Shown here: positions 59,701-64,000 of the stretch, piece by piece
Layout of the letters: the number at the start of each line of letters is the position of its first letter
Numbering within the stretch: position 1 is the stretch's first letter
NCBI GenBank assembly: GCA_965183885.1
Contig: OZ238992.1
Coordinates: 2,049,548 to 2,113,547 of the forward strand
Direction: 5' to 3'
Source of the DNA: Flavobacteriales bacterium
GTDB lineage: Bacteria > Bacteroidota > Bacteroidia > Flavobacteriales > BACL11
DNA length: 64,000 bases
The notes under the pieces: generated by a model
Databases searched by the model: none
Told to the model about the DNA's origin: nothing
What the model saw: the letters and a program-made list of their open reading frames with translations, nothing else
Made by a program: the position numbers and the translations under genes

Positions 59701-61206
59701 TTATTCTTCTCCGAATGATCCTTTAGGTTCCTTAAGTGCAACTGAGCAGTAGAAGAAACTAATTAAAGCACCAGCTGCTAGTATAAAAAAGAAGGTTTTA
59801 GAATCAACCATACTTAGTATAAACAAGTAAGTTACAGCACCTACATTACCATAAGCACCTGCCATTCCTGCAATACGACCTGTCATATCTTTTTTAATTG
59901 CAGGTATCATTGCAAATGTTGCTCCCTCTGCCCCTTGTACAAACATTGAAGCAAACATGGTTATCATTACCGAAACTACTAGCCACCAAGTACCTTCAAA
60001 CATTGGAACTAAAGTTTGTACTCCATCAACTACAGGACCATAATCACTAATGAATCCCATTAATCCAAACCCTAATGAAATACCAATCATATACATAAGC
60101 ATTGTTTTCTTTCTACTTCCCATCTTATCTGACAAATAACCTCCTAATGGACGAGCAACTAAATTAATTACAGCAAATGACCCTGCTACTAAACCTGCCA
60201 TCTGTGGAGAGATCTTAAAGGTACTTTCAAAGAAGAAAGGTAACATAGATACTACAGCAAGCTCTGCACCAAAATTGGCAAAGTAGGTAGAGTTTAAAGC
60301 TCCTACACTACTAAAAGCAAACTTCTCCTCTTCAGGAATACCTGCTTTTAATCTAGGCACATTAAATTGAATAATTTTATATGCTTTATAAATATAGAAT
60401 ACTGCAAGCACAGCCCACATCATATACATTACATCTAAACTAAACATGTTTTCACCATAAATCACTTGTTTTTGTAAGTTTCTGGCTAATAAACCAAGAG
60501 CACCATATAAAGGAACAGTCCATAATAAATATTGATATAAACCGCTATAAGATGAAACAGGCATAATTGAAGATTTACTTTTATCAACAATAATCTCTTT
60601 TCCTGTTGGGTAATCCTTTACCTTAAAGTAGTAAAAAACTCCATAAACAGCAGTAAGAATACTTGATATTGCCATAGCATAACGCCATCCAAATTCACCA
60701 CCAATTAATGTTAAACCAATATAAGGAATTAAACCTGCAGCTGCAGCTGACCCAAAGTTACCCCAACCTGCATAAAATCCTTCTGCTCTTCCAATAAGTT
60801 TTGCTGGAAACCAGTTATCTGTCATTTTAATACCAATTACAAAACCTGCTCCAATTGATGATAATAATAAACGAGAAATAACTAATTGCATAAAGGTATC
60901 ACCAAATGCAAACATAAGCCCTGGTATAACAGAGATTACCATAAGACCAGAAAATACAACCCTAGGCCCATACTTATCTACCATTGCACCAATAATAATC
61001 CTAGCCGGAATAGTTAAGGCAACATTACAAAGTAAAAGAGCTTTAAAATTTCCTCCAGTAAGGAAATCAAAGTTCTCAGTCATAGCTGTTTTTAATGGTG
61101 CCATGTTGAACCATACAAAGAAAGTTAAAAAGAATGCAATCCATGTATAATGCAATACTCTTACCCTTTCTTGTGAGAAATCGAATAACTTAAATTTATC
61201 TTCCAT
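59701..61206 (-). CDS. narK: Nitrate/nitrite transporter, NarK1-type
   Basis: LHYTW.AFF.TF.VWFNMAP, IPAR..IG..VDKYGPR, GAGFVIGI, AGWGNFG, FGAELAVVSMLP, GAEGATFAMIP. Confidence 0.92.
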   Translation of the reverse strand: MEDKFKLFDFSQERVRVLHYTWIAFFLTFFVWFNMAPLKTAMTENFDFLTGGNFKALLLCNVALTIPARIIIGAMVDKYGPRVVFSGLMVISVIPGLMFAFGDTFMQLVISRLLLSSIGAGFVIGIKMTDNWFPAKLIGRAEGFYAGWGNFGSAAAAGLIPYIGLTLIGGEFGWRYAMAISSILTAVYGVFYYFKVKDYPTGKEIIVDKSKSSIMPVSSYSGLYQYLLWTVPLYGALGLLARNLQKQVIYGENMFSLDVMYMMWAVLAVFYIYKAYKIIQFNVPRLKAGIPEEEKFAFSSVGALNSTYFANFGAELAVVSMLPFFFESTFKISPQMAGLVAGSFAVINLVARPLGGYLSDKMGSRKKTMLMYMIGISLGFGLMGFISDYGPVVDGVQTLVPMFEGTWWLVVSVMITMFASMFVQGAEGATFAMIPAIKKDMTGRIAGMAGAYGNVGAVTYLFILSMVDSKTFFFILAAGALISFFYCSVALKEPKGSFGEE

Positions 61207-61267
61207 GATTTTAAACTGTTTATGATTAATTATGAAGCAAAACTAAATCTTGTCGCTAGCAAAAATC

Positions 61268-61303
61268 ATAATATATATCATTTTAAAATATGATACTTAT
61301 CAT
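61268..61303. promoter_or_regulatory. Tandem FNR-type boxes, narK promoter
   Basis: ATAAT-ATAT-ATCAT (61268-61281), 22 nt upstream of minus-strand TAGTTTTG (61245-61238), and perfect ATGAT-ACTT-ATCAT (61290-61303). Confidence 0.75.
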
Positions 61304-61351
61304 AGTTTTGCTTTATTATAGAAGAAGATGTAAACACTATTTTAGCTTTTA

Positions 61352-61365
61352 TTGATAATTATCAA
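61352..61365. promoter_or_regulatory. Canonical FNR box
   Basis: TTGAT-AATT-ATCAA, identical to the proteobacterial FNR consensus. Confidence 0.6.
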
Positions 61366-61393
61366 AAAAAAGAGCAACTTTTCAGCTGCTCTT
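61364..61393 (-). terminator. Intrinsic terminator after narI
   Basis: Minus strand AAGAGCAGC-TGAAAA-GTTGCTCTT followed by a T-tract. Confidence 0.75.
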
Positions 61394-61419
61394 AGAGTAT
61401 TCCAAACTAACTAAATGTA

Positions 61420-62142
61420 TTAGTTGTTCTTTGATCGTTTTCCATAAACCATTTTAGTCGATTTTCTTATATCATGTCTGTTCCAGTTCCAAATTACTCT
61501 TTGGTAAGGTCTCCAAATGTATGCAAATGGATAAACTAAGAAGTGCATGTATCTTGTAAAAGGAATAAGTCCAATTATTGAAAATGCTGATACAATATGA
61601 ATCTTAACTGCCAATGGCATAGTTGCTACTACTGATATATCAGGTGAGAAAGTAAATATCGATACCATATATGGTGTTAATGATGATGCAAACCAAGTAG
61701 ACCCATATCTATGAAAGTAAGCAATCCATACCCCAGAAATAATTTGAGTTAATAAAGTAGCAAATACTACAACATCCATTTTTGAAGTTTGCAGCTTCAC
61801 TCTTTTGTTTCTAATTCTTCTTATTACCAACATAATAATTCCAAATAATGTTGCTAAACCAAAAGCAAAAGCAGTACTTTCTAATATTATTAATCGAACA
61901 GGATCTCCATTAAAAGCAAGTACTGATTTAGGAAATAAAAATGCAACTAAATGCCCAAAAAATAAGAACATCATTCCCCAGTGAAAAGGTTGAGATCCCC
62001 AAAATAATGATTTACCTTCTAAAAATTGTGTTGATAAAGATGATACAGTGAAACCTTTGTTCATGTATCTTAGGATAGTACCTATTAACATTATTGCTAA
62101 TGCTGCATACGGTAACCCTACAAATAAAAAATAATTACTCAT
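61420..62142 (-). CDS. narI: Respiratory nitrate reductase gamma subunit (cytochrome b)
   Basis: PYAAL, SSLSTQFLE, FHWG..FLFFGH, HIVSAF...PFTRYMH...P..Y..RPYQ. Confidence 0.95.
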   Translation of the reverse strand: MSNYFLFVGLPYAALAIMLIGTILRYMNKGFTVSSLSTQFLEGKSLFWGSQPFHWGMMFLFFGHLVAFLFPKSVLAFNGDPVRLIILESTAFAFGLATLFGIIMLVIRRIRNKRVKLQTSKMDVVVFATLLTQIISGVWIAYFHRYGSTWFASSLTPYMVSIFTFSPDISVVATMPLAVKIHIVSAFSIIGLIPFTRYMHFLVYPFAYIWRPYQRVIWNWNRHDIRKSTKMVYGKRSKNN

Positions 62143-62145
62143 GAC

Positions 62146-62781
62146 TTAAAATTGTTTTGTTGTTGTATTTTTTCTTTCAAATAACGACTGATCAACCCCA
62201 CAACCTTTATAGTTGGATAGGAATCCTGTATCGTCATCTCTTTTAATAATAAATGGTTTAAATGCTGTATTAGCAGTATCCTTTTTCATTACATCTTGTA
62301 ACATTTTTAATAACTCTAAATATGCATTCTGAATATTAAACTTATCAATCATCTCATCAAGTGCAGGAATACAAATAGTTGCAATTAACTCCTCAGCAAA
62401 CTTTTCCTTTTTGGTTTTTGAAAATAAAGTTAAGATATTAGGAAGATGATCAGAAAGCTCAACACCACAATCGTTACCTGCATTTCGCTGTTCTTCTTTC
62501 ATCTGCACTAAGAAATCACCTCTTTTATAATCTTCACCAAATAAAACATATCCAATATCTAAGAAACAAACTGCCTGGATATCAAATGTTTTAATATAAT
62601 ATTCCTGTTGCTGATATAATGTTAAGGACGAAAAATTTTGAATAAAACCTTTCACTACCTCAGTCTGCTCAGGATAGTCAGTTGATAATGCCCCAATAAC
62701 ATCTAAGGCATTATCCATCAACTCTTCAGTTGGATATCTGAACAGATTAGCTATTAATGTATAGTGGTTATAATTTTTCAT
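62146..62781 (-). CDS. narJ: Nitrate reductase chaperone (delta subunit)
   Basis: QEYYIKTFD...LDIGYVLFGEDYKRG..L..M, ELSDHLP.IL; ATG at 62781 lies 1 nt after the narH stop. Confidence 0.9.
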   Translation of the reverse strand: MKNYNHYTLIANLFRYPTEELMDNALDVIGALSTDYPEQTEVVKGFIQNFSSLTLYQQQEYYIKTFDIQAVCFLDIGYVLFGEDYKRGDFLVQMKEEQRNAGNDCGVELSDHLPNILTLFSKTKKEKFAEELIATICIPALDEMIDKFNIQNAYLELLKMLQDVMKKDTANTAFKPFIIKRDDDTGFLSNYKGCGVDQSLFERKNTTTKQF

Positions 62782-62782
62782 T

Positions 62783-64000
62783 TTATAATCCTCTAGCTGG
62801 AGTTTCTTTAAATCCAAAACCTGTATTTCCTTTCTGATCAGCAGTACTTTCTAACATTTCCATAGCTTCTTCTCTATGAGCTGCAGGAATTACAAATCTT
62901 TGATCAAATAACGGTAATGAAGTAAGTCTAAAGATATCATCTGCTTCCTCTCTACTCATACCCGTATCAGTAAGCGCTTGATTCAATTCTTTAACATCTA
63001 AATCTCCTACAGTTACATCTCTTCTATGTAATCTTACTGTCATTAGTTTTCTGAATACTTCTTTAATTTTCTCTCCATTTCCTGCACTAAATAATGAAGC
63101 TAAGTATTGGATTGGCATTCTTGAAGCATCAATTTTACCCCATAATGAATCTGTAGTAGAATTATATTTTCCGTTTTCAACTGTTGCCATAGCAGGCAAT
63201 AATGGTGGAACATAAAATAAATTTGGTATCGTTCTGAATTCTGGGTGCAATGGTAATGCAACACCCCATTCTTTTACAAACTTATATGTAGGTGATTTTT
63301 TTGCAGCTTCAATTGTAGAGTCAGCAATACCATTTTCTTTAGCAGCTTTAATTACAGCAGGATCATTAGGGTCTAAATAAATTTCCATTTGTCTATCTAC
63401 CAATTCACTCTCATCACATGAAGCTACAGCTTCAATTCTATCAGCATCATAAAGCATTACTCCCAGATATCTAATACGCCCTACACATGAGTGCATACAA
63501 GCTGGAGCTTGTCCTGATTCTAATCTTGGGTAACAAAGAATACATTTTTCTGATTTCCCTGTGTGCCAGTTATAGTACGATTTTTTATAAGGACATGCAG
63601 TTACACACATTCTCCATGCTCTACATTTTTCCTGATTAATAAGTACTACTCCATCCTCTCCTCTTTTATAAATTGCTCCTGAAGGACAAGATGCAACACA
63701 AGAAGGATTTAAACAGTGATTACAAATCCTTGGCAAGTATGCTAAAGTCATTTGTTCCAACTGGAACATTGCTTCTTGCTCCTGAGGACTTAAATTTTTA
63801 AAGTTAACATCCTGTCTTGCATAATCAGGAGTACCTCCTAAATCATCATCCCAGTTTGGTCCTGATTTAAGGTCAATATTCTCACCTGTAATTAATGATT
63901 TTGCACGAGCTGTTGGCTGGTCATCTCCTTCTGGAGCTTCAAATAAATGCTCATACTCATAAGTCCAAGGCTCATAATAGTCATCAATTACTGGCATATT
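62783..64000 (-). CDS. narH: Respiratory nitrate reductase beta subunit (5' part beyond the window)
   Basis: IDDYYEPW, GPNWDDDLGG, YLPRICNHCLNPSCVASCPSG, CRAWRMCVTACPYKK, CILCYPR, CVGRIRY; the frame stays open to the window edge. Confidence 0.97.
   Translation of the reverse strand, partial: NMPVIDDYYEPWTYEYEHLFEAPEGDDQPTARAKSLITGENIDLKSGPNWDDDLGGTPDYARQDVNFKNLSPQEQEAMFQLEQMTLAYLPRICNHCLNPSCVASCPSGAIYKRGEDGVVLINQEKCRAWRMCVTACPYKKSYYNWHTGKSEKCILCYPRLESGQAPACMHSCVGRIRYLGVMLYDADRIEAVASCDESELVDRQMEIYLDPNDPAVIKAAKENGIADSTIEAAKKSPTYKFVKEWGVALPLHPEFRTIPNLFYVPPLLPAMATVENGKYNSTTDSLWGKIDASRMPIQYLASLFSAGNGEKIKEVFRKLMTVRLHRRDVTVGDLDVKELNQALTDTGMSREEADDIFRLTSLPLFDQRFVIPAAHREEAMEMLESTADQKGNTGFGFKETPARGL

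Noticed and set aside
3535-59718. Short opposite-strand or overlapping ORFs in the track (e.g. 3535-3738, 7270-7569, 8726-8962, 13583-13771, 15259-15582, 16656-16874, 22894-23121, 25337-25624, 26001-26354, 34890-35126, 41291-41566, 45372-45773, 54838-55020, 57938-58144, 59329-59718)
   Set aside because: They shadow well-supported genes, have no recognisable motifs and show the typical composition of antisense frames.
61251-61264. TGTCGC half-site resembling an HcpR-type operator
   Set aside because: There is no complementary GCGACA half-site.
1-64000. CRISPR arrays, rRNA, IS transposases, prophage genes
   Set aside because: None seen: no regularly spaced repeats, no rRNA-like segments, and no DDE/HUH transposase or phage structural ORFs.

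Overview
AT-rich (~30% GC by eye) chromosomal window from a Bacteroidota bacterium, most likely a marine Flavobacteriales. The assignment rests on T9SS C-terminal domains, gldF/gldG, TonB-dependent receptors and TAnnTTTG -7 promoters. Positions 1-50 kb are mostly housekeeping and envelope genes (queE, ftcD, rlmF, tRNA-Ser, aroQ, xerD, rsmG, purC, phoH, gldFG, dnaN, gcvT, trxB, recQ, fmt, pdxH). From ~50 kb to the window end lies a complete-looking anaerobic nitrate-respiration island: Moco/MGD biosynthesis, a TauE permease, ric, a Crp/Fnr regulator, a hemerythrin protein, two NarK transporters and narI-narJ-narH (narH runs off the window). The best signals not visible in the ORF track are three. 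(1) A frameshifted GIY-YIG nuclease gene is bracketed by two inverted, co-varying TGTC-tagged REP-like hairpins at 12185-12574, a candidate minimal nuclease-driven mobile element. (2) FNR-type boxes (ATGAT-N4-ATCAT) sit exactly 22 nt upstream of the Bacteroidota -7 element at three independent promoters. (3) A T9SS-secreted alpha/beta-hydrolase next to a TonB receptor has its catalytic Ser replaced by Gly. All product calls come from motif recognition by eye; no database searches were run.
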